In this document: in pieces, positions 41,735-64,000 of the stretch
Layout: each line of letters starts with the position of its first letter
Position numbering within the stretch: position 1 is the first letter of the stretch
Origin: the human T2T-CHM13v2.0 reference genome, Homo sapiens
Strand: one strand, 5' to 3'
Length of the DNA: 64,000 bases
Assembly: GCF_009914755.1 (NCBI RefSeq)
Contig: NC_060930.1
Notes under the pieces: model-generated
Told to the model about the DNA's origin: nothing
The model's database searches: none
Seen by the model: the letters and a program-made list of their open reading frames with translations, nothing else
Made by a program: the position numbers and the translations under genes

Positions 41735-42435
41735 CTGTGTTAGTCCAATTAGGCTGCCATGACAAAATGCCATCAATTGGGAGGCTAAGCCAACAGACAT
41801 TTATCTCTGGAGGCTGGGATTAAGAGATTAGGGTACCAGCATGGTTGGATTCTGGTGATGGCCTCTTTCTGGCTTCTTGCTGTATGCCTACATGGTGGGC
41901 AGAGACCTGGCTTCTTGCTGTGTGGCTACAAAGTGGACAGAGAGCCAGAGCCAGAGCTCTTTCTTTTTCTTTTCTTTTCTTTTTTTTTTTTTGAGACAGA
42001 GTCTCACACTGTTGGCTCAGACGAGTGCAGTGGCACGTTCTCAGCTCACTGCAACCTCTGCCTCCCGGGTTCAAGCAATTCTCCTGCCTCAGCCTCCTGG
42101 GTAGCTAGCATTACAAGCGTGTGCCACCACGCCTGGCTAATTTTTGTATTTTTAGTAGAGATGGGGTTTCACTATTTTGGCCAGGCTGGTTTTGAACTCC
42201 TGACCCCAGGTGATCCACCCACCTCGGCCTCCCAAAGTGCTGGGATTACAGGCATGAGCCATCGCGCCTAGACGGAGCCAGAGCTCTTATAAGGGCACTC
42301 ATCCCATCATGAGGATCCCACACTCGTGACCTCATCTGAACTTCCCTTACCAAAGGCTGCATCTCAAATACCACACTGAGGGTTAAGGCTCCAACATATG
42401 AATTTCGGGGGGGGACACAGTCCCATCTATAGCAA
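41735..42435. mobile_element. MLT1-type MaLR LTR with Alu insertion (41960-42270)
   Basis: tgtgttagtcc...gctgccatgacaaaatgcca...ggggacacagtcccatctatagca; Alu TSD agccagagctctt. Confidence 0.75.
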
Positions 42436-42919
42436 CGACAGTTTGTGCTTGGAGCCCACTCTGGTCACCTTAGCGGGGCTGGCCTCTCTGAAGTGACAGG
42501 TTTTCACATGTGGCCTTTGACAGTTGTCTTGTGCGAGCTTTATGCCCAGGCTCTGCAGAGCTACTGTCTAATCCCTCTCTCCGAAGTAGAAAGATGTTTT
42601 CACTGAATTTCTTCTCACCTCCTTCTGCAATTGACACAATTAATCACTCCTTCCTTTTTGTTCTGAAACTTACGTCTTCTTACTTATTTTTATGATTCTT
42701 TTGTTTGTGTTCTGCTATATGGATTATGACTTTCTTTCAATCACAGTTTATCCCTCTCTAGTGATTTGAATGGCTTATGTCCTACTTTTATTTTACCGGT
42801 AGTTACCCTTAATTTAATTACTAACATCAAAAAATGATGGTACCTTATTTCTTCTTCTTTGTATATGACAACAAGTTTAATGTGTTAAAGAAATGTAAGA
42901 GTATTAGGCTGTGAGAGGG

Positions 42920-44238
42920 ACATGGTCAGAGCTTTTCATCGTTTGAAGATGTCTTTCTGGCTTTTATACAATATTACTCTCACTTTGCAGTCTTTGCCCC
43001 TTACAATCCTGTTGCATTATCTTCTGATATTAAGGGTTGAAAGCGTGTTTATTTTACATGGTTCTTGGTGACTTATTTTGAATCCAAATCTTACTTTAGC
43101 TCAGGAAAATTTGTTCTTTGATACTTTTATTACAGCAGAGTTTCTCAATTTTGGCAATATAGATATTTTGAACTGGGTAATTCTTTGTCGTGGGTGCTGT
43201 CCTGCGCATCAGAGGGTGTTTGGCGGCATCCTTGGCCTCTACCCTCTAGATGCCAACAGCATCCATCCCCACGTCATGACAACCAAAAACATCTCCAGAC
43301 ATTGCTAAGTGTCCCCTGTGGGGCAAAATCATCTCTAGTCAACAACTGCTGAGGTAGAGTGCTTTGGGTGTATTTAACAGAGTATCTAGTTCAAATAGGC
43401 TTAAATGATAAAGACAACTTACTGGCTCAAGGGACTGAAAAGTCTAGAGGTGGGCAGTTTGGAAATAGCGTGGCTCCGCCCCATTTCTCTGCAGCCCAAA
43501 ATTTCAGTTCTGCCTTTCTCAGAGTCTAGTCTTTGCTCTCAATGTGGTTTCCTTGTTGGTTGCAACCAGAACTTTGTGCTTCCTGGTTCACATCTGGGGA
43601 GAAAGTTTCACTTTCCTCAACCAGCAAATGAAAGCCCTAGCTTTGCTCTGATTGGATGCCCTGCCCTCCAGATGAACCAGTCACTATGAAAGGATAAATG
43701 GGCCACCTCTGCCTAGTTTAAGCCAGTCTAGATTTACCCCTGGAACTGATCGGTCTCACCCAAATAGCACAATTGCTCCGTAACAGAGGAGTGGGGAAGG
43801 ATGGTGGGGAGGCCACCAAAAAGTCCGTTACAGTTACTTTCTGTTCCCTCTTTGTAAGATTATCTGTCACATCTTTGTTTTTATCTTCATATGCATCTTT
43901 TCCTCGCTCACTTTCCCCCCTGCATTTTGACAGCAGTTCTCAAGTTCTTCTTAGAAGAAGAATTACCTGGCTTGAAATATCAATATTGCCAAAGTTGAAA
44001 AAGTCTGCTGTAATAAAAGTATCAGAGAATTAATTTTCCTGAGCTAAAGTAAGATTTGGTTTCAAAAAAGTCACCAAGAACCATGGAAAATAAACGCGTG
44101 TATGCATGTGTGCACATGCTCACAACCCTTAATACCAGAAGACAATGCAACAGGATTGTAAGAGGCACAGCCTGCAAAGTGGGTTATATTGTAGAAAAGC
44201 CAGAACGACATCCTTAGTGAAAAGCTCTGACCGTGTGT
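42920..44238. repeat. Long non-Alu inverted repeat (arms ~42920-43185 and ~43958-44238)
   Basis: e.g. atcttactttagctcaggaaaatt vs aattttcctgagctaaagtaagat; ttacaatcctgttgcatt vs aatgcaacaggattgtaa. Confidence 0.92.
43133..43352. mobile_element. MER20
   Basis: cagcagagtttctcaa...gtcatgacaaccaaaaacatctccagacattgc. Confidence 0.8.
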
Positions 44239-44275
44239 AGGAGTCATTTTCTTACTCTTCCAAACATAAATTTGA

Positions 44276-44395
<120 letters not shown>

Positions 44396-44495
44396 TAACA
44401 AAACAGGTAATAGTGGTTCCAGAAACCTAAAAGAAGATCGTACATAGGTCTCTGTTTTCTTTCTTCTCCATGAATGTCTTCTCAATTCCAAAAAG

Positions 44496-44584
44496 GGCTT
44501 GAAGACTTTTAACTGCATTTTGCACGCTGTCCCTCGAGAAGAGAGAAAAAAATTCCCTTTGTCAGAAGGCATGTGTCATCTTAT
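44496..44584 (+). CDS. SYCP2L: SYCP2L exon 8
   Basis: aaaag|[30 protein letters not shown]|gtaagt; 89 nt. Confidence 0.9.
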
Positions 44585-44773
44585 GTAAGTGACTTTGTAT
44601 AAGTTACGTGCTGTAGTAAGGGTAAAATCTCTCATGAGTGTATGGCTTCAGTCTGTGTTCTACTTAGACCTGATTATGTCCTTTCTCTCTTGGGTAAATG
44701 CTTTGTGCACCTATTATGTGTCAGGCACTATGCTAGGTGATAAAGACGGGCTGAGGTAAAAAGAAGACATTGT

Positions 44774-45493
<720 letters not shown>

Positions 45494-46455
45494 CTATATT
45501 TTTTCATTGTGAATGTGAACTAAATTAGTGACTCATGGGAGAATGTTAAGAGTACAGACGGTAGAGCCTGCGTGGCTTCAAATCCTAGTTTTGCCACTTT
45601 TGCCAGCTGTCTATGAGCACAGCTCTAACTTCATCACACCTCAGTTTGTTTGCCTGTAAAATGGAGTCAAAGTAATACTACTTGATAGTTATTGTAAAGG
45701 TTAAATCAAGCAATCCATGTAAAGTGATTAGCACATTATCTGCTAAAGAGGAAGTGCCCCAAGGTTTCCAGTAGCTACACTAATGGGGCATGGAATTTTG
45801 ATTGCTTTTCAAGTGATGGATTTTTTGTTTGTTGGTGACCCAAAGTCATTGTTGCGTAATTCTTGGGACATGAGATTTGGAGGTAAGGTTGTAATGTGTG
45901 ACCATACAAACAACAAAACCAGCACCGTGTTTTGAAGTTGGAACCTGAACCCACGACTGCGCTAACAACCAGCCAGCGCGGAGGACATCATGGTGGCACA
46001 TTATTTGCGTGGTGTGTGGCCACAGTGTAGGGCCTGAAATGGGTGATTTGTGAGCATGAAACTCACTGCTGTCGTGTTTGTCCATTTAGTCTTTGCAGGA
46101 TATAGTTTTTACACAGAATTTTTCCTAAACAAATTTTTATTTAATACGTTAGTGAAATCACTACTCTTAGTGGTGTATTTAGATTTGGAGAGCAGCTGAT
46201 CTCATGTTTTCTCCTAAGTTTTCAAACTAATCTTTGAACACACTACCTTATTGTCTGTGTGTTCTAGAAAGTCTGGAATGTTCTGGACTTCAAAGGTAAA
46301 ACCTGCAAGTATAAAATTAAGCAGAATTAATTTCGCTCAGTGGTACTGTTTCCTGGTTTCTATTTAATAGTAACAAGTCGAGCTGCTTCTTACAAGAGAC
46401 TGAACTATCACAAGGTTTCTCAACAAATCTGTTCTTTAAAATGGGAGTTATTTCA

Positions 46456-47245
<790 letters not shown>

Positions 47246-47639
47246 TAGGAAAGAATCACTGTCGTATCATTTCCTGCAAGTATCAAACTGTGTAAAAGGA
47301 CATACGCCCTCACAGGTTGGTGCGGTGATTATAAAACTCCAGAATTAATCTGATGAACCCTTAGAGATCATCAAATTGAATTCACTTTACAAGAGGGAAA
47401 ACAGAACCTCAGAGTGTATATAGTAGTTCTAGCATCTTAAAAAATAACATCTAGATCATTAATATATAAACTTGAGAAGGTTTTTCCATAAATATGTGTT
47501 GGCATTAAGGAAATTTTGATGCTGAATTTGAAATAGTTTCAGAAACATATACTTTGGTTTTAAAGTTTAATGCTAGTGTAGTAAAGTTTTACCTCTTGAT
47601 GTTCACTTCAGTTAAATGTGATTTATCTAAATGTTTCAG

Positions 47640-47674
47640 GAAGGACCTTGCAAGGACACTCTTGACTGTGGGTG
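47640..47674 (+). CDS. SYCP2L: SYCP2L exon 9
   Basis: tttcag|KDLARTLLTVG|gtaaga; 35 nt. Confidence 0.92.
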
Positions 47675-48179
47675 GTAAGAAATTTTAGAATTTTCAGTAT
47701 TAGAATATTAAATATTGGACACTGGGGGTTTTATGAGCATCTTGGGACTATGGGGAATAAATTATGGTTAAATTGAAGATAGGAATCAGGGTTTTATTTT
47801 AAATTTATTTTGAGAGATTTTAGCATGCTGGAAACTGTAAAGAATAATTCGTGAGTACTCATTTACTCACCAGCCAGCTTTGTCACAATTTAGCATTTTA
47901 CCGCATTAGCTTCAAGTCTGTTTTTAAAGAAAAAAAAAACAGTGTCATGGATAAAGTCCCCTGTGTCCATGTTCCTCATCCCATTTCCCTCTCCTTGACT
48001 CAGATTTGTTTTTCGTTCCCAAGCATATTTTTCTACTTTTACTCTGTACATCCCTAAACAACATGCATTATCATTTTGCAGATTTTAAAAGCATTCTATA
48101 AATGCCATTCCTTTTTACCCTTAGAATTGTTTGAAATTTAAACATGTTGCTACATGTAGTTTTAGTTTATTTGCTGTGA

Positions 48180-48990
<811 letters not shown>

Positions 48991-49154
48991 ATTTAAATGA
49001 TTCTAATTACTCCAGGATGCATTTTGCTGTGGTAACTTTTTAAGACACAATGCTAGGCTTCTCAGATGGAGTTTCTTAGAGCAAGTGCTAAATCTGGAAC
49101 TCATTTTTTCTTTTGCTTTGTGCCCAGAATTATCTATGTCTACTATGTTTTTAA

Positions 49155-49334
<180 letters not shown>

Positions 49335-49468
49335 TAGCCAATATTTATTAAGCATCCGCTGAGAACTTTCCTGTGCATTGGGCTTACGGGAGGATTTTTT
49401 TGCTTAAGTGTGATTACACTGCCATTCTTGAACTTGTTTCTCACTTAGGAGAAACAATTTGAGGGTAA

Positions 49469-49842
<374 letters not shown>

Positions 49843-50551
49843 TAGGTGAATTTGATGGATCCAGTTAAAAAAAAAGTCTTGGAAGGGTGAGCAATTTTCA
49901 ATGAACCTTGAATGGTAGGAAGAATTGAAGAAGAAATCAGAGCATTTTTGCCTTGCAGAAGGCAGCTGCTGTGATGGCAGGAGGCTGAAATGGACATGGC
50001 CTGGCAGAAGAGTATTATGGGGTGGTTGTGTTGTGAGCCATCTGGCCTGTACAATTTGGAGAAACAATACTTTTTTTTTTCTTCTCTGCAAGCTGGGCTT
50101 CCTGTGATTGTGTCCTCAGGCTGCACAAAAATAGCGTATGGCTTTGCTGTGTATTCACCTTCATCTTAAAATAGCTAGAACATTTTCCCTCTTCTTTTAA
50201 AAAGTTTTTAAAATGAGGGTTAGACTCTTGTAGGAAAAGGTAGAATTCTTAATAACAGTACTCATGTTGACAAACCTTTCTCGTCAAAATTCCTATGTAA
50301 TCAAGACTCTTATTAAATATGGACCTTTATATTTCCTCAGACTCTGAGCCTACTGTCATATACTGCATAAAGTAATTCTTTAGCCAGGATTCAGTATAAT
50401 CTCAGTGGAAAGACCATGAGCTTTGGGGCTATCCCAAACTGGGTTGAACCTAGAGTTTGAGCCCCACCTCTCCAATTTATGGGATGTATGCATTTTGGCA
50501 AGGTAGTTGACTTGTGAAGCCTGAGTGACCTCATCTGTAAAATGGGACTAA

Positions 50552-51084
<533 letters not shown>

Positions 51085-51770
51085 TGAGGTCTATTTACTC
51101 CTGAATGGTAGATCAGGAGCATAAGGAGTGTTGACTGCAACAGTCAATTCTTGCTAACAAAAGGGAACAAAAACTTGGATCTGTCTCTTTGTTTTTAGAA
51201 TGTTGGGGGGCAGCAGATTTCTTCCTGAGAGCTGTTGGTTAGGAGAACTCTAATAATAGTCTTTGTTCTTAGAACATATGCTAGGAGAAGACAGTGAGAT
51301 AGAGAACTCCCAAAAAGGAAAGTTGGCCGTAGATAATACACCCCGATCACAGTTAATACATTTTGTAGGTTTGTGGTTGGTTAGTGCTGTGCAGGTGTTA
51401 GGGAGGTGGATGCCCAATGGGTCGGTCAAATATTGTAACCTAGGTCATCAGTAAGACGTATTTATCTTGCTTACACTTCTGACCCAGTGAAACATAACCA
51501 GGCATTTAACTTTTGGAGACCTAAGTATTCCTCAGCTGAAAATCTAATGGCTGCAGGGAGCAAAGGTTCCTTCTGGAAACATGATCCTGGAGCCTCCTCT
51601 TTGTGGCATGAAGTATTGTTAACATATAATAACAAATCCTTGTAAAGCCTCATTGATGTTACTGCCTCCTGGTCATTTAGAAGCAAACACTGGCCTCTGT
51701 ATGCTAAGGTAGTATTAACTAAGACATCTTGATTTTTTTTTAATAAAAGTTTATATCATTTGCTTTGAAG

Positions 51771-51823
51771 GACAGTAGACGTTTTCTCAATCACCTAAAC
51801 AACAGACTTGGTGACCAAAGAAG
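51771..51823 (+). CDS. SYCP2L: SYCP2L exon 11
   Basis: tgaag|DSRRFLNHLNNRLGDQRR|gtaagt; 53 nt. Confidence 0.95.
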
Positions 51824-52446
51824 GTAAGTTGTGTCTCTGAGCATTATTGACTAGTTGTATTCTGAAAATGTCTAATATTTTAAAAGAACAGTTTAGGGTC
51901 TGTTTCATTTTAGGAGAGAATATTGGGTACATCATTTACAGAGTATACTGAGTTGTCCATTGAGTGGAAACCTGAGAAGATCAGACCCTTTCTGCCTAGT
52001 GGCTTGTTCGAGTGTGTTTAAAAATTACCTCTATCAGTTTTATTATATTTGTGACTTGGGGTATTTTAAAATAATACATTCTTTAAAGAGTTCATAGACT
52101 TTATGAAGAACAATTTCCTGACTTGAGGTTGCTGGAGGTAGTTGTATCGTGAACAGTTAAGTCCTTGGTCAGACAATATTTGCTAAATTCACTCCTTTTG
52201 TTTGGGAATCTGGCTGAGTAACTGGGTTGAGATATAGTACTAGTAAACCTGGCTTACTGACTGCCAGATGGAGATTTGAAATCTACCCATAGTAGGTCTC
52301 CATTTGCAGGCTTGAAACCCCCTATTGTACTCTGTACGAGGAGACTTAATGGCATACTCTAGTTATAAGTGCTTGTTGCGGAACGTCTGTAGATGTGTTT
52401 AAGATTCATTCATGTTTTATTTTTTTAATTGTGAGGTATTTTGCAG

Positions 52447-52492
52447 GGTGTATTCATTTCCGTGTATTGCTGCTTTTGCTGATGAGCATGAG
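52447..52492 (+). CDS. SYCP2L: SYCP2L exon 12
   Basis: ttgcag|VYSFPCIAAFADEHE|gtatgt; 46 nt. Confidence 0.95.
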
Positions 52493-53517
52493 GTATGTTC
52501 ATCCCTCTTGGAGGTCCTGAGGGCGGTGTGCAGTGAAACCAGGAGTTAGGTTTACGTGGTTAGATCAAACTTTTGCTCTCATAACTCAAAAGGGCTTTTT
52601 AAAAAAGGATGCCAACGTCTTCTAATGACCTCAGTTCTCAAACCGATCATACCATACCCTAACCAGAATGCATTACCAGTAAGTTTAAGGCCTCTACTGT
52701 TACTACTGGAAAAAGGAATTTTAGGGTCTGTACTGTGTACATGAGCACAGTTACAGGAAGCTTGCCTCATTTTACCCTATTCATGGGTAACATAATTCAT
52801 GCCTAGACTGGGGTAAAAAGGATGATTTCCTTGCTTCTTTCCTTCCGGTTTATGCCCTGTCCTCTTATTCTCAACAACTGGGGCCACTGTCCTTTCTCTC
52901 TCTCTCATTCTACCTTGCACTTTATAGTCCAAGGTTGACCAGTTTCTTCCCCACCCCCCATTTGGTTTCTAGAGGAACAAGGTCCTTCATATAAAAGGGC
53001 CCTAACCTACAGCATCTCAGTTTCAGGCTAAAATATTTAGAGGTCTTGGAAGCTTGACTTTGTTTGAGTGTCCTGAACCCTGTCTTCAGAATGTCCTCAT
53101 TCATGATTTCTTTGTTTTGGGTTCAGAGTCCCCTTCTTGGCCTCTCAGAGCTAAACTTTCAGCTCATGGCTACACTACACATTCCTTCTCTCTAGAACTG
53201 AGTCTGGTAGGCTGATTCTTGTGTCTCAATTCTGTGTATTTTCCCTTTGGTTGTCTGAAGATTCTGCTCTCTGTTTGGTTTTTCTTCTTTCTATGACATC
53301 CAAATTTCCATTCACTTCCATCAGGGCCCTTACCCTGACCCTTACATTGGCTTCCAGGAACATGTATTGTGGGTGAAAGCCCTCATTCACCTCTGTAGCT
53401 ATTAAAAGGTAGACATGTATGATACAAAGGAAAGATGTCCAAGAAATACAACTTATTGGAAAGTTGGATTGTAGAATAGTAAGTCTAGTGTTTTATCTGT
53501 TGTTGGGGAATAAAAGC

Positions 53518-53660
53518 TTTCTTTTTTTTTTTTTTTTTTTTTTTTTTTTGAGACGGAGTCTCACTCTGTTGCCCAGGCTGGAGTGCCATCATGTGATCTC
53601 GGATCACTGCCAACTCCGCCTCCCGGGTTCATGCCATTCTCCTGCCTCAGCCTCCCGAGT
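53518..53660 (-). mobile_element. 5'-truncated Alu
   Basis: T-tract plus partial right arm. Confidence 0.85.
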
Positions 53661-54302
53661 ATACTTGTTGATACATGTCTAGAAAACATCTGGGAGGAAA
53701 CAAAGGCATTGTTAATGGTGCCTATGGAAAGGTACTTATGAAAAACTGAGGGGCAGAGAAGATGTTTACTGTTTCTATAAACACCATACTTTTAGAATCT
53801 TTCTTCCCCTGTTTTAACTCTAAGCATCTATTTATTTTAGAATAATTAAAATGAAGGAAATTTGAAGTCTTCAAGTCTTAGCTGTACTCTAATGGTTGGA
53901 AGATAGATGGCAAATCACTCATGTTTGGTTACAGTATCTCCTTCTCCAGAAGTTTCCATCCATATGCAGTGTGGCTTGTTACTGATTCAACATAGAACTG
54001 TTTTCTCCGTGATTTTCATTAGAAAAAAAATTGTGTGGATAGAATAATGTGACACATTTAAATATCTATCAAATATGCTAAGGATAGTGGGATTTTTGGA
54101 GGGGTGAGGAGGAAATGGCTGAGTTCTATAAAATTGAGATCCTTCTGTTTTGCACAAAAGAGTCAGTCAATAGAGGCCCTATAATGCTAGGATAATGCTG
54201 TTCCAGGAAGAGCACAAATTCTATTTTCAAGGGAATAATGTTTATCTGACCCTATAGCATGATTTTTATGTGTATAAGTCATGCTGAAATGATCTCTTAC
54301 AG

Positions 54303-54395
54303 ATGAGAAAACCAGCGGATGAAAAATTAGAGAAATTTTGGATCGACTTCAACCTAGGAAGTCAGAGTGTCACTTTTTATATAGACAATGCTGAG
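54303..54395 (+). CDS. SYCP2L: SYCP2L exon 13
   Basis: ttacag|[31 protein letters not shown]|gtaatg; FWIDFN motif shared with SYCP2. Confidence 0.96.
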
Positions 54396-54496
54396 GTAAT
54401 GATGTTCGATTCTTGGTTAGAACTAAGCCTTTAGAGATCTTTTTTATGTAAGTATGTGTTTTGCACTCATGAATTTCACTTATTTATTTTCCCAAG

Positions 54497-54557
54497 AATA
54501 CTCTATGGGACTCAGTGACACTTCCGAAGGAAGCGGTGATGAATTTCAGCATAACAG
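54497..54557 (+). CDS. SYCP2L: SYCP2L exon 14 (gene continues beyond window)
   Basis: cccaag|NTLWDSVTLPKEAVMNFSIT|gtaata; 61 nt. Confidence 0.93.
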
Positions 54558-55077
54558 GTAATATGATACATTTAAACAACCCACGTCCAGTTCCAAATAT
54601 TATTTCTGTTGTATATGCAGTGTGTATTTATTTAATTCTAGGGCATATTTTGACCATGCCTTGAGGTAGGAAGGCTGTATGGTATGATAGAAGGTGCGCT
54701 GTCACAGGTTTGTGACTTCTATGCTTTGTGACCTTGGGATTAAATTATTTGTCTAGTTTTTTCATTTTAAAAATGTTTATAGATCCTCACAAAATTAAAA
54801 GTAGAACTACCATATGATCCAGCAATCAATTAACAATGCTTTTCCCCAAAGTGCTGCTTTGGTTTGAAAGAGTCTGATGGGGAGAGGAGAACATGTCATC
54901 CTAGTTCCTCTCTTGATAAACCTAGAAAATCAGGTAGTAAACTGTGGTTAGTAAGGAAGACATCTAGCAAGAAAGGACATGGCTGTCAGGAAATGAAGGT
55001 GCCTGCCCCCTCTACGGAGATGGATTGCCAGGCTCTCTTGTAACTAGTAGTTAGGATCAAGGGCTTTGCAGATCAGA

Positions 55078-61600
<6,523 letters not shown>

Positions 61601-61837
61601 GTGAGCAAGAAAGCAGGGGATTTTAAAGGGGACTTGGCATGAATGGCATGTAAGGGAGAGAGTGAGGAAGTGTGGGGTCTTCATGACTTGCTTTGATGTC
61701 TTATCCATCAGGTGGTCTGGCTGGTGCCATCGTGGGCAGAACTAGGTTGTACATTGACTGTTGTCTCAAGGCAATCTCCTGGTGGGGAGAATCTCAGGGG
61801 GTGCCTGGTTTGGTTCAACGTTTGTTCCTTAGAATTT

Positions 61838-62154
<317 letters not shown>

Positions 62155-62243
62155 TAGAATTTCTAAGCAAACATATAGTTAGATGAGCTTGCAGCACAGA
62201 GAGTGCCTCATGGGAAGAAGGTAAATGTTATAATTGCGTTCCT

Positions 62244-63682
<1,439 letters not shown>

Positions 63683-64000
63683 ATAATTGCATTCCTAAAG
63701 AGCTAAGTAAGAGGTGGGGGAAAAGGAAAAAGGTAAAAATAATTCATTATTTTCTTTAAGAATGTGGGTGCTCAGTTAACAGCTTTCAGGAGTCAACTTG
63801 CCAAAGTTAATATTTTGTAACTTCATGAATAGATCACGTTTCTGTGGTTCATGGTTTTTAATTTACAAAGTGCCTCACAATTTCTACAGGAAGTAGGTAT
63901 TACTCTTTCCATTCTTATAGCCAAAGAAACTGATGATTGTCTAGTAAATTCCGTAAGTAAGACTTTTGTTCTGTATCATAGCCCTTCTGGTTATGGAGTT

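Overview
Human (primate) genomic DNA that I recognise as the chr6p24 GCM2-SYCP2L locus. It holds the complete GCM2 gene on the minus strand (5 coding exons, 1521 nt, 506 aa) and, divergently on the plus strand, the first 14 coding exons of SYCP2L (1072 nt). The rest is dense in Alu, L1, L2/MIR, LTR and DNA-transposon remnants; most ORF-track entries are Alu/L1 artefacts. Main observations: (1) three unique minus-strand segments downstream of GCM2 (6725-6581, 906-652, ~535-404) can be assembled into a decayed secreted four-helix cytokine of the IL-6/IL-11/G-CSF type, a candidate unitary pseudogene that rests on manual alignment only; (2) SYCP2L exon 4 is flanked by a GC-AG intron and an AT-AC intron with U2-type signals; (3) a ~270-bp non-Alu inverted duplication lies before SYCP2L exon 7; (4) GCM2 has an in-frame tandem donor, plus an acceptor-like site and an in-frame CUG in its 5' UTR; (5) a complex templated duplication sits at an L1 junction. 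Repeat boundaries are approximate and subfamily names come from memory of consensus sequences.
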